Of a stretch of 55,915 nt of DNA, positions 40,927-50,003 are shown piece after piece. Position 1 is the stretch's first letter. Each line of letters opens with the position of its first letter. The notes under the pieces were generated by a model. The model saw only the letters and a program-made list of their open reading frames with translations. It did no database searches and was not told where the DNA came from. Source of the stretch: Candidatus Latescibacter sp. (GTDB lineage: Bacteria; Latescibacterota; Latescibacteria; Latescibacterales; Latescibacteraceae); contig JAUYCD010000054.1 in NCBI GenBank assembly GCA_030692375.1, positions 1-55,915 of the forward strand, in the 5' to 3' direction. A program made the position numbers and the translations under genes.

Positions 40927-42378
40927 ATCCATCAGATACCCGTTCACCGCTTCGGCGACTTCCCTTCCCTGGTGCATGGCCTGAACCACCGAAGAACCGC
41001 CCAGAACGCAGTCACCGGCGGCAAAAATTCCTTCCGACGAAGTCATGTAATTGTCGTTGATTTTGAGGTTCATCTTCTCGTCGGTAACGAGGGATAGATT
41101 CTGGATGAGGGGCCCCTGCTCCATGTGGACAAAGCCCATCGCAAGGATTACCATATCGGCAGGAATCTCGAATTCGGCGCCGGGAATTTCATGATTATTC
41201 CCGTTTCTTAGGGGTTCAGCATGCTGAACCCCTACATGGGTTAAAATGACCGAACTCACCCGCCCTTTTTTCCCCAGGAATTTTTTAACCTTGACGCCCC
41301 AAAGCCGGTTGCACCCTTCATCGTGGGAACCGGTAGTTTCCGGAATACCGGAAAAGAGAGGCCATGTATGTTGCAGGGGTTCAGCATGCTGAATCCCTGC
41401 GATACCTCCGTTTTCGGGAGGCGCGGACTCGATTTCCGCCTGGGTTATTCCCAAAGCGCCCTGACGGCGGCTGACTCCGATACAGTAGGCGCCGGTGTCT
41501 CCCCCGCCGATAATAACCACCTCCCTGCCCTCCGCAGTGATATTTTTTGCCGGAGGAATAGTGTCGCCGGATAGACGCCGGTTCTGGCAGGCCAGAAAAT
41601 CATATGCAAAATAAATACCGTCGAGCTTGCGGCCCGGAACCTGCAAATCATAGGGTATCCGCGATCCGGTTATAATCACCACGGAGTCGAAGGTGCGTTT
41701 AAGATACCCGATGGAAAGATCAACTCCTACATCGACCCCTGTCTCGAAGATAACCCCTTCCCTGCGCATCTGGTCGATGCGGCGGTCGAGAACCCATTTT
41801 TCCAGCATGAACTCAGGAATGCCGTACCGGAGGATGCCTCCGATGCGGCGGTCGCGATCGAAAACAGTCACACTGTGGCCGTATCGCGCCATCTGCTGGG
41901 CGGCGGTAAGACCGGCCGGGCCGGAGCCGATTATGGCGATCTTTTCCCCGGTTTTGTTCAAAGCAGGCAGGGGTTCTATCCAACCTTCACGCCAGCCGCG
42001 TTCCGCAATCTGAAGCTCGATGTGCTTTATGGTCACCGGCGAGCCGTTGATTGACAACGTGCAGGACGGTTCGCAGGGCGCAGGGCACACCCTCCCGGTT
42101 ATCTCCGGAAAGTTGTCGGTGGAATGGAGCAGCTCAAGGGCCATCCGCCAGTTGTTGCCGCACACCATGCTTATCCAATCGGGGATGCGGTTTCTCAGGG
42201 GACAGCCATACATCTCGCAGAAAGGAACTCCGCAATCCATACATCGCAGGGCCTGGTGTTCAAGACGGCCGGGTGGAAGCATCTGTTCCACCTCATGCCA
42301 ATCGCGGATTCGCTCCTCGACAGGACGGCGGGGCGGATTCTCCCGGGGATATACAATAAAGCTGAAAGGATCAGGCAT
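40924..42378 (-). CDS. gltD: glutamate synthase (NADPH) small subunit
   Basis: 484 aa. N-terminal Fe-S motif RCMDCGVPFC...GCP. Dinucleotide folds IAIIGSGPAGL and VVIIGGGDTG. There is an 8-nt overlap with gltB. Confidence 0.93.
   Translation of the reverse strand: MPDPFSFIVYPRENPPRRPVEERIRDWHEVEQMLPPGRLEHQALRCMDCGVPFCEMYGCPLRNRIPDWISMVCGNNWRMALELLHSTDNFPEITGRVCPAPCEPSCTLSINGSPVTIKHIELQIAERGWREGWIEPLPALNKTGEKIAIIGSGPAGLTAAQQMARYGHSVTVFDRDRRIGGILRYGIPEFMLEKWVLDRRIDQMRREGVIFETGVDVGVDLSIGYLKRTFDSVVIITGSRIPYDLQVPGRKLDGIYFAYDFLACQNRRLSGDTIPPAKNITAEGREVVIIGGGDTGAYCIGVSRRQGALGITQAEIESAPPENGGIAGIQHAEPLQHTWPLFSGIPETTGSHDEGCNRLWGVKVKKFLGKKGRVSSVILTHVGVQHAEPLRNGNNHEIPGAEFEIPADMVILAMGFVHMEQGPLIQNLSLVTDEKMNLKINDNYMTSSEGIFAAGDCVLGGSSVVQAMHQGREVAEAVNGYLMD
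41210..41233. repeat. perfect 24-nt palindrome AGGGGTTCAGCATGCTGAACCCCT inside gltD
   Basis: Read directly; it is its own reverse complement. It is translated in-frame as GVQHAEPL. Confidence 0.9.
41373..41400. repeat. second copy of the GGGTTCAGCATGCTGAA(C/T)CC palindrome inside gltD
   Basis: GCAGGGGTTCAGCATGCTGAATCCCTGC has one arm mismatch. It is translated in the same relative frame as GIQHAEPLQ. Confidence 0.9.
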
Positions 42379-45300
42379 TGTATACCTCCTCGGTCGCCGC
42401 CGGGGTCTCGGTTTCGGAGCGTTCGGACAGCCGCATCCTTTCCAGGGAAAGACGGTAATCGATAGGCATCACCTTTATGAACATCGGGAGGTCGGCTTCC
42501 CAGTTCTCCAGTATCTGGCCGGCCCTTTTGCTGTCGGTCAAAAGGAAGTGGTTTTCCAGAAGGGTATAGAGCCGCGATTTATCCTCCTCCGTCCAGACGC
42601 TCTCAAGGTCCACCATGTCCAGGTTGCACCGTGATTCAAACATCTCCGATTCATTATACACATAGGCAATGCCTCCGCTCATCCCGGCGGCGAAATTGTT
42701 CCCCACAGTTCCCAGAATAACCACCACTCCGCCTGTCATGTATTCGCAGCCGTGATCGCCCACTCCCTCCACCACCGCGGAGGCTCCGCTGTTCCGCACC
42801 GCGAAACGCTCACCGACGATTCCGTATATGTATACTTCGCCGCCGGTTGCGCCATAAAGGGCGGTGTTCCCTGCAATAATATTATCCCAGGGCTTGAAAC
42901 CGGCATAGGTTGAAGGAGCCAGGATAATTCTTCCCCCGGACATTCCCTTGCCGAGATAATCATTGGCGCTCCCCTCGACACGGATGGTTACGCCGGGAGC
43001 AAGGAATGCGCCGAGACTCTGCCCGGCGGTGCCTTTGAAGAAGAAGCGGATGGTGTCCGGCGGCAGGCCTCTGGCCCCGTACCGCCGCACAATCTTCCCG
43101 CTTAAGGCTGATGCGACAGAACGGTTGATATTGTAAATCGGCATGGCAATATGCACCGGCTCTCCCGTATCGAGAGCGGGCTGCGCCATACGCAGCAGGG
43201 TTTCGTCAAACGGAGAGTCCGGGTGAATATCGCGTTTGCGGGTGCACCGGAGCGGAACCGCACCGCCGTTACCCGGAGATGCGAGAATCGCGCTGAAATC
43301 GAGTGAATGCGCCTTGCGATGCCCGTTGGAGGTGGGGTTCGTCCGGAGCATCTCCACATGGCCGATCATCTCGTCGAGCGAACGGAATCCCAACTCCGCC
43401 ATATATTCACGGAGATTCATGGCTATGAAGCGCATCAGGCGTTCCACATATTCCGGCTTTCCGTGAAAATTGGCTGCCAGTCTGGGGTCCTGAGTGGCGA
43501 TTCCCACCGAGCAGGAATTGAGATGGCATTTCCGGAGCATCACGCACCCGATGGCAACGAGGATGATGGTGCCGAATGCGAACTCGTCCGCGCCGAGGAG
43601 CGCCGCAACCGCCAGGTCGCGTCCGGTCTTGAGTTGACCGTCCACCTGGACTGCGATCCGGTCTCGGATACGGTTCCTTATGAGCGCCTGCTGGACTTCT
43701 GCCAGACCGATTTCCCAGGGGATGCCCACATGCATGATGGAGGTGATCGGCGAAGAGCCGGTCCCCCCATCGTGGCCGCAGATGAGAACCATGTCTGCCT
43801 GCGATTTTGCCACTCCGGTCGCGACCGCGCCGACCCCGGCTTCGGCCACCAGTTTCACCGAAATCCGCGCTTTCGGATTGACCGCACGAAGATCATGGAT
43901 TAGCTGGGTCAGGTCCTCGATGGAATAGATATCATGGTGCGGCGGAGGAGAGATCAGAGTGACTCCCGGAGTAGTGTGACGTACACGGGCGATCTCCCCG
44001 CTCACCTTGTTTCCGGGAAGCTGGCCTCCTTCTCCGGGTTTGGCGCCCTGGGCGATCTTTATCTGAAGTTCATCGGCATTTACGATGTATTCCGTAGTGA
44101 CGCCGAATCGGCCGGAAGCGATCTGTTTCACCGCCGAGCGCCGGCTCGATCCGTCGGGGAGCGCCTTGTACCGTGCAGGATCTTCCCCGCCCTCGCCGGT
44201 ATTGGAGCGGCAGCCCAGTCGGTTCATGGCGACAGCTATGGTTTCATGAGCAACCCGGCTGAGAGCGCCGAATGACATGGCCGAGGCGGAAAATCTCGGA
44301 AGGATTTTTTCCACGGGTTCGACATCTTCGAGCGGTATCGGGCTTTCGTTACGGAAGTCGAGGAGGCTTCGCAGGGTTACCGGTTCATCCGCCTGGTTGT
44401 CGATCATCCGGGCATATTCCTTGAAAGCAAGGTAATCATCGTCACGGACGGCTTGCTGGAGTTTGCAGATGGCATCTGGCGAAAGAAGGTGTTTCTCGCC
44501 GCCGTAGCGGTTATGGTATTCTCCCCCCACATCCAGAAGAGGCGAAGGTTTGCCGGACTCCGGATAGGCTTTCCGGTGACGGAGCATGGTTTCGGCGGCG
44601 ATCTCCTCAAGACCGATCCCTCCGACCCGCGAGCAGGTTCCGGTGAAATAGGAGTCGACCAGCTCGCGGTCCAGGCCGATCGCCTCGAACATCTGGGCGC
44701 CGAAATAGCTGCGGACGGTGGAAATGCCCATCCGGCTCATTGTTTTCAGTATCCCCTTCTTGATAGCGGTGATATAGGAATCGGCCGCCTCATCGGGGGT
44801 TACGGATTTCTCGTACATGGTCTCCGCCAGGTCACGCACGGTGGAGTAGGCAACTTTGGGGCAGACAGCATTGGCACCGTAGCCGATAAGAATGGCGAAA
44901 TGCATGGGCTGGCGCGCCTCTCCCGTTTCCACGATGAGCCCGGCGGAAGTACGGAGGCCTTTCCGGATCAGGTAATGGTGCAATCCGGAGGTGGCGAGAA
45001 GCGAGGGGATCGGCGCCATGTCCTCGTCCATGTTTCGGTCGGTCAGAACGATAAAGGTCGCGCCCTCCGAAATGAATACCTCAGCTTTTTGAAATACCTC
45101 CTCGATAGCCGCTTTCAAAGCCTCGCCATCGCCTTCAGCGGGGAAAAGGATATCTATTTCACGGGCGATGATGTCCGGATGGTTCGCTGTCTTGATGCGT
45201 TCGAGGTCTTCCGGGGTAAGAATCGGATGATGCAGTTTCAAAATTCTGAAATGCTCGGGGGTTTCCTCGAGAAGATTTCTCTTCCTTCCGGCGAAACTCA

Positions 45301-46939
45301 TCAGAGACATGACCAGTTCTTCCCTTAGCGGGTCGATGGGAGGGCTGGTCACCTGGGCGAATAGCTGCTTAAAATACGAAAAAAGGAGACGCGGGCGGTT
45401 TGAGAGAACGGCGAGCGGCGTATCGTCCCCCATTGCCCCGATGGCTTCCTGGCCATACACCAGGGGGATGCCGACCATTTTCAATTCTTCGGCGGTATAT
45501 CCGAATGCATGGTGCTTCCGGAGAAGCGCTTCCGGATCTTCAGGCGGAAATTTGGCAGGCGCCAGGAGTCCGCGAAGCTCGATCCGGTTGTCTTTCACCC
45601 AGTGGCGGTAGGGTTTTTGCCGGCAGATCTTGGATTTAATTATGTTATCAGGAACGACGCGGTTCTGCTCCAGGTCGACCAGGAACATTTTCCCGGGCTG
45701 CAAACGACCGTACGAGCGTATCTGATCCCCGGGGAAATCGAGCACACCTGTTTCGGAGGCAAGAATAACAATGCCGTCGCGGGTGATGGTATAGCGCGCA
45801 GAACGGAGACCGTTGCGATCCAGTGTGGCCCCCACATAGCGGCCGTCTGTGAATACCATAACCGCGGGACCGTCCCAGGGCTCCATGATTGCGGAATGAT
45901 ACTCGTAGAAAGCCCGACGGTCATCCCCCATGTAAAACTTGCCGCCCCAGGCCTCGGGGATCATCATCATGATGGCGTGCGGGAGAGAGCGCCCGCCGTG
46001 ACAGAGCATCTCGAGCACATTGTCGAACGCCGAGGAATCGCTGCCTCCCTCGACCACGACCGGTTTGATTTTTTCTATGTCCGGTCCGAAGATGTCCGAT
46101 TTCAGGATCGGTTCACGGATACGCATCTGGTTGACATTTCCGCTCAAGGAATTGAGCTGGCCGTTATGGGCGATCAGTCTCAGAGGCTGCGCCAGATTCC
46201 AGGTAGGGAGGTTATTGGTGCTGTAACGCTGGTGCACGATGGCAAAAGAGCTGGAAAAATCCTTGTTCTGAAGATCGGGAAAGAAGACCTGAAGCTGGCT
46301 TCCGGTGAGAAGTCCCTTATACACCACGGTTTTCCCGGAAAGGCTGGCAATATAAAACTGGCTCGGATCGCAGTCGTTCCACGAAGAAATCTCTTTCTCC
46401 AGCCGCCTCCGAATAATGTACAGCCGCCGCTCGAAGGAGTTGAAATCATCATCGGCGGGTCTGAGAAATACCTGGCAAAACTGCGGCTTGGTCGAGCGGG
46501 CGGTTTCGCTAAGGCAGCTCCATTCAACCGGAACCTTCCGCCACCCCAGAATCTCGCATTTTTCGCTTAGCGATATACGGTCAAACTCCCGCACACATCG
46601 CTCCGCGAGAATTTCATCCGAAGGGAGAAAAACCATGCCGACCGCATAATATCCCTTATCGGGAAGAAACACTCCGATATTCTGGCATTCACTCCTGAAA
46701 AAATCATCCGGTATCTGCATGAGAAGGCCGGCCCCGTCGCCGCTAACCGCGGTGTCATATCCGAGCGGCCCCCGGTGCTCCAGGTTGATAAGCACCTGCA
46801 CCGCGTTTTCTACGATGACATGCGAAGGCCGGGCATCCATGCGGGCCACGAAACCGACCCCGCAGTTGTCATGATCGAACGCCGGATCATAAAGTCCTTC
46901 AGCAAGGGGAAAACCGGCTGCATTACAGTTTTTATTCAT
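42371..46939 (-). CDS. gltB: glutamate synthase large subunit
   Basis: 1522 aa. Ntn-amidotransferase N-terminus (CGVGFVA), central/FMN domain and a C-terminal GXGXG beta-helix domain. Confidence 0.97.
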   Translation of the reverse strand: MNKNCNAAGFPLAEGLYDPAFDHDNCGVGFVARMDARPSHVIVENAVQVLINLEHRGPLGYDTAVSGDGAGLLMQIPDDFFRSECQNIGVFLPDKGYYAVGMVFLPSDEILAERCVREFDRISLSEKCEILGWRKVPVEWSCLSETARSTKPQFCQVFLRPADDDFNSFERRLYIIRRRLEKEISSWNDCDPSQFYIASLSGKTVVYKGLLTGSQLQVFFPDLQNKDFSSSFAIVHQRYSTNNLPTWNLAQPLRLIAHNGQLNSLSGNVNQMRIREPILKSDIFGPDIEKIKPVVVEGGSDSSAFDNVLEMLCHGGRSLPHAIMMMIPEAWGGKFYMGDDRRAFYEYHSAIMEPWDGPAVMVFTDGRYVGATLDRNGLRSARYTITRDGIVILASETGVLDFPGDQIRSYGRLQPGKMFLVDLEQNRVVPDNIIKSKICRQKPYRHWVKDNRIELRGLLAPAKFPPEDPEALLRKHHAFGYTAEELKMVGIPLVYGQEAIGAMGDDTPLAVLSNRPRLLFSYFKQLFAQVTSPPIDPLREELVMSLMSFAGRKRNLLEETPEHFRILKLHHPILTPEDLERIKTANHPDIIAREIDILFPAEGDGEALKAAIEEVFQKAEVFISEGATFIVLTDRNMDEDMAPIPSLLATSGLHHYLIRKGLRTSAGLIVETGEARQPMHFAILIGYGANAVCPKVAYSTVRDLAETMYEKSVTPDEAADSYITAIKKGILKTMSRMGISTVRSYFGAQMFEAIGLDRELVDSYFTGTCSRVGGIGLEEIAAETMLRHRKAYPESGKPSPLLDVGGEYHNRYGGEKHLLSPDAICKLQQAVRDDDYLAFKEYARMIDNQADEPVTLRSLLDFRNESPIPLEDVEPVEKILPRFSASAMSFGALSRVAHETIAVAMNRLGCRSNTGEGGEDPARYKALPDGSSRRSAVKQIASGRFGVTTEYIVNADELQIKIAQGAKPGEGGQLPGNKVSGEIARVRHTTPGVTLISPPPHHDIYSIEDLTQLIHDLRAVNPKARISVKLVAEAGVGAVATGVAKSQADMVLICGHDGGTGSSPITSIMHVGIPWEIGLAEVQQALIRNRIRDRIAVQVDGQLKTGRDLAVAALLGADEFAFGTIILVAIGCVMLRKCHLNSCSVGIATQDPRLAANFHGKPEYVERLMRFIAMNLREYMAELGFRSLDEMIGHVEMLRTNPTSNGHRKAHSLDFSAILASPGNGGAVPLRCTRKRDIHPDSPFDETLLRMAQPALDTGEPVHIAMPIYNINRSVASALSGKIVRRYGARGLPPDTIRFFFKGTAGQSLGAFLAPGVTIRVEGSANDYLGKGMSGGRIILAPSTYAGFKPWDNIIAGNTALYGATGGEVYIYGIVGERFAVRNSGASAVVEGVGDHGCEYMTGGVVVILGTVGNNFAAGMSGGIAYVYNESEMFESRCNLDMVDLESVWTEEDKSRLYTLLENHFLLTDSKRAGQILENWEADLPMFIKVMPIDYRLSLERMRLSERSETETPAATEEVYNA

Positions 46940-46965
46940 TGACTAATAACCTTTTCTGGCGTATT

Positions 46966-46999
46966 GCCCCCCCTGTATCCCCCCTATTAAGGGGGGAAA
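46966..46999. repeat. partial C/G-run palindromic element upstream of gltB
   Basis: GCCCCCCCCTGTATCCCCCCTATTAAGGGGGGAAA shares the CCCCCCTGT..TCCCCCC.TATTAAGGGGGGAAA core with 30469..30517. It lacks the right outer arm. Confidence 0.75.
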
Positions 47000-47014
47000 G
47001 AGCCCAATTCTGAT

Positions 47015-47614
47015 TCACTTTACCCGCAGAAACATCCTGTCCTGTCTCAGCTTGCGTTTGAACTCTTTCAAGGGCACGCCGGGATCGAGGCTCCAGGCGA
47101 CTATCCACGCTTTGCCAATCAGGTTCTTTTTCGGAAGGAAACCCCATACCCGTGAATCGCCGGAAAAATCACGGTTGTCACCCAGGACGAAAATGGTGGA
47201 ATCCGGCACTGTCACCCGGTCCAGGAAATCCCTCTCGCTCGTGTTCCTGGGGAAAATCGAAGGATCAGTATTTTTTCACTTGGGCGGAAGCGGTATCTCA
47301 ACGCCATCCACGAAAAGCTCTTTCGCTCGTATCTGGACAGTCTGTCCTCCTACAGCGACGCATCGTTTTACCATAGTCTCGTTTGGATTCCTGGGATTCC
47401 TGAAAAACAGGATATCGCCCCTTACAGGCTCGCGGCCGCGGAAAATCACATAGTCGCTGAACGGAAACTTAATACCATACCAATATTCCAGAACCACTAG
47501 CCTGTCTCCTGTGAGGAGTGTATCTTCCATGGAACCGGAAGTTACACGAAAGAAACCGACTACCGAAGCCCCCAGAAACAGCACGGAAAATACTATCAAG
47601 ATGTATTTGATCAT
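47015..47614 (-). pseudogene. lepB: signal peptidase I interrupted by a single in-frame TGA (47278..47276)
   Basis: The upstream part has a TM anchor, the catalytic Ser box TSGSMEDTL and the Lys box VKRCVAVGG. The downstream part has box E GDNRDFSGDSRVWGF. The 20 codons between the TGA and the track's second ORF are in the same frame and look conserved (PRNTSERDFLDRVTVPDSTIFVLGDN). The ATG at 47614 is the likely start. Confidence 0.7.
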
Positions 47615-47833
47615 GGCCTGCCCCGCGACCAAGAATTAAAGGGATCATTTCGAACAAAATACATTATTTTATGAAATTACTATACTAATTTTTTTCCACA
47701 GTACTATTCCCGGAATTGACGGGGATTCCCCCGGTTTTAGCTCTCCTTTCCGCAATATCCTTCGTCCTCTTATACTGAAATATATGCAGAAAATGAGCAG
47801 ACGTCAACTGTTATCTCTATATATTACAAGTAT

Positions 47834-48208
47834 TTATGCATTTTTCAGGAAAGCCTCATTTATTACAGTTTTCGATACGTCAACAAGCCAATTATTCAGG
47901 CTTTTTCCGGATTTACTTGCTTCAATACATAACTTATGATGTAATTCGGACGGGATCCGTAAAACAAACTTGCCGGAAAATGGTTTTTCAGGCTTTTCGC
48001 CGCGTTCACAGCAGGATGAGAGATAATCATCGATGGATTCTCGGAAAGCAGCCTCTATCTCATAAACCGTGGTACCGTGGAAAGTGATTACATCTTTCGT
48101 ATCAAGTTCGCCGTGGAATACTTTCGCTTCATCATCATATTCAACACGCCCGGTATAGCCTTTATATTTAAAACGACTTTTGAAAAAGGCTCTGTTGAGA
48201 AGATACAA
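47834..48208 (-). CDS. hicB: HicB-family antitoxin (N-terminal HicB fold + C-terminal RHH-like DNA-binding tail)
   Basis: KYKGYTGRVEYDDEAKVFHGE and GKFVLRIPSELHHKLCIEASKSGKSLNNWL are typical of this family. Only a TTG start is available. I found no HicA ORF upstream. Confidence 0.7.
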   Translation of the reverse strand: MYLLNRAFFKSRFKYKGYTGRVEYDDEAKVFHGELDTKDVITFHGTTVYEIEAAFRESIDDYLSSCCERGEKPEKPFSGKFVLRIPSELHHKLCIEASKSGKSLNNWLVDVSKTVINEAFLKNA

Positions 48209-48311
48209 ACAGAAACCGGGATGGCAACTCTTTTTGCATGTTATTTATATTCAGAAGGTTTTTATCTGATTGAAAATTAAGTCATTGTAGTAAATGCTTC
48301 CGGTTGTTGCT

Positions 48312-49391
48312 TTAATCATATTTCTTTGGCCGGGGTTTGAAAGGGATGACATTATCTCGTCTCCCTTCAGGTTCGTCACCTTCATCTTCCTCATCGAACT
48401 CATCGGGAAAAGGTTCAACATGGCGAATCCCTGCAGCCTCATCTCTATCGTCTTCCTCATTGAATCCCATAGATAGTTCTTCTCGCGGTTCCTGCGCCTC
48501 CCATTCCCTGAGCTTCTTCCTGGCCCGGAAGCGCTTGATGACATAAACCACCAGGAACAGCACCCCAATGAGCACCCAGGTTCCCGGAACCAGAGTAAGG
48601 AGAGTCTTGGGGCCGTAATTCTCCCGGAGATATTTCAGGTACTCCTTTTCGAACTCGCTGGGCCAGAAACCGGTTGCGTCACGGAGCGCCTGGGGAAATT
48701 CCCGGCCTCGGCTCATACCATCAAGGATTGCGGGGAGTACCCTGGGTCCGAAAATGGAAATCAGCCGCTGCACCGCGATCATGGACTGATCATAGGCGAG
48801 GCCGGCGTCCAGGCTCCCGGCGGTGAATACATTCTGGATGTCCTCAAAAGTGAGCAGGTTCCCCCGCGAGACCTTCCAGACCATGTACATTTCGTTCTTT
48901 ATACCCCACTCGCCGGAATAAATCTGCGCGCAGCCCTCATGGAACCACCGCGGTACAAAGCCGTCCCCGGCGCTCTCCTCGATGATGACATGCACAAGCT
49001 CATGGGCCAGAATGCGCTCGATCTCTATCTTGTGCCCGGCAAGGGGGGAAACCACGATCCTTCGCCCGGTCAGCGCAACCGCGGCGCTCCAGTCCGGCAG
49101 CCTACCCTCGGTTAGAGCGTTGAACTGCGCCTGTCTGGCGGTCAGTGTAATTGCCACCTTTCCTCCCGGAGCATGCCCCAGCACCTGGGTTATGCGCGCC
49201 AGGTTCCGTTCACCCGCATCCGCCACATTCCGGGCGTACCTTTCGCTCAAGCCGTCATAGGTGACGGTGAAATGGGGAGTAGTGATGGTTTCCGAGAAAG
49301 ATACAGAAGGGAGATGCAGACAGATAATGGCGGAGAAGAGGAGTAAGAAGCGTATCATAAAATTTTCCGGGGCGACAATCAACGTATTCAA
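48312..49391 (-). CDS. peptidase MA-like zinc metalloprotease with a C-terminal TM segment and an acidic cytoplasmic tail
   Basis: 359 aa. Signal/anchor at the N-terminus. HELVHV (HExxH) plus a downstream WFHEGCAQ. TM segment TLVPGTWVLIGVLFLVVYVI, then an acidic tail (DEFDEEDEGDEPEG). Confidence 0.7.
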   Translation of the reverse strand: MNTLIVAPENFMIRFLLLFSAIICLHLPSVSFSETITTPHFTVTYDGLSERYARNVADAGERNLARITQVLGHAPGGKVAITLTARQAQFNALTEGRLPDWSAAVALTGRRIVVSPLAGHKIEIERILAHELVHVIIEESAGDGFVPRWFHEGCAQIYSGEWGIKNEMYMVWKVSRGNLLTFEDIQNVFTAGSLDAGLAYDQSMIAVQRLISIFGPRVLPAILDGMSRGREFPQALRDATGFWPSEFEKEYLKYLRENYGPKTLLTLVPGTWVLIGVLFLVVYVIKRFRARKKLREWEAQEPREELSMGFNEEDDRDEAAGIRHVEPFPDEFDEEDEGDEPEGRRDNVIPFKPRPKKYD

Positions 49392-49455
49392 CGCCTTAAC
49401 ATAATAAAATTGCCCGGAAATTTCAAATCATACATTTTAAACTCACCCCCTTGAT

Positions 49456-49483
49456 CCCCCTCTCTTACAAGTAACAGAGGGGG
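49456..49483. repeat. C5/G5-type hairpin CCCCCTCT-N12-AGAGGGGG
   Basis: Read directly. It belongs to the same C-run/G-run hairpin style as 15666, 26166, 30469 and 46966. Confidence 0.6.
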
Positions 49484-49558
49484 AAACCCCTGTTTACTTT
49501 ATAAGTAAATTGAGATAATGGAACTTACGGATTAAGTTGAAGAGCTCTTGGTTTTTTT

Positions 49559-49804
49559 TCACCATATCTCTTTCCCCACTGGTGGCCCAAAATCAATTTC
49601 TGGATGAAGGTTTTCCGGAGTGACTCCATCAAGCATGTCCTTAAGAGTCTTTTTCTTTTGGATGGGAGTCAAAACAAGACTGTTTCCTTCGACACTGATA
49701 AGAACCTCTGTGTTTTCTTTCAGATTCAACTGCTCGGAAGTGGTCTTTCGAATTCTAATTCCCAGGCTGTTACCCCATTTCTGGATTTTTAAATGAAATA
49801 TCAT
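49559..49804 (-). CDS. AbrB/MazE/SpoVT-family antitoxin-like protein
   Basis: 81 aa. The IQKWGNSLGIRI swapped-hairpin motif is typical of MazE-type antitoxins. No full-length toxin gene follows. Confidence 0.7.
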   Translation of the reverse strand: MIFHLKIQKWGNSLGIRIRKTTSEQLNLKENTEVLISVEGNSLVLTPIQKKKTLKDMLDGVTPENLHPEIDFGPPVGKEIW

Positions 49805-50003
49805 ACCACCCTCCTATAATATGCATTGTATATACTATTTCAAGGAATCTTTGCAAGTTTTTTTCAGAATAATTTCTCATAAAAAGTGGTACAGGTTGTC
49901 CTATGAAGCCGAGTTGTCTCGGCTATATCTCGACAATATAAGGAAAATATTTAATCTTATTCATCCCCGACGCAAACATCATTGAATTCGATATTTAAGA
50001 ATT

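Noticed and set aside
45509-46570. 353-aa plus-strand ORF inside gltB; the 357-aa ORF at 51024..52097 inside the glcD-like gene is a similar case
   Set aside because: These are antisense shadows of well-supported genes, with no motifs and biased composition.
46940-47014. Search for a sigma-54 (TGGCAC-N5-TTGC) promoter upstream of gltB, and likewise in the glnB/glnE intergenic region
   Set aside because: I found no convincing -24/-12 element by eye. The gltB upstream gap is mostly occupied by the C/G-run repeat.
47216-47278. Selenocysteine or genetic-code reassignment as the explanation for the in-frame TGA in lepB
   Set aside because: All other large genes in the window are intact under the standard code, and TGA is used as a genuine stop (for example carB, the ATPase at 18011 and the HAD gene). 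That excludes global recoding. The downstream hairpin is too far from the UGA and lacks SECIS features, and no Sec machinery is visible. The case is kept only as a low-probability note in the lepB finding.
48251-48568. 105-aa minus-strand ORF upstream of hicB as a candidate HicA toxin
   Set aside because: It overlaps the 3' end of the MA-peptidase gene in another frame. Its sequence lacks the HicA dsRBD-like motifs, including the conserved GSH. The 100-nt gap 48209..48311 holds only very short ORFs.
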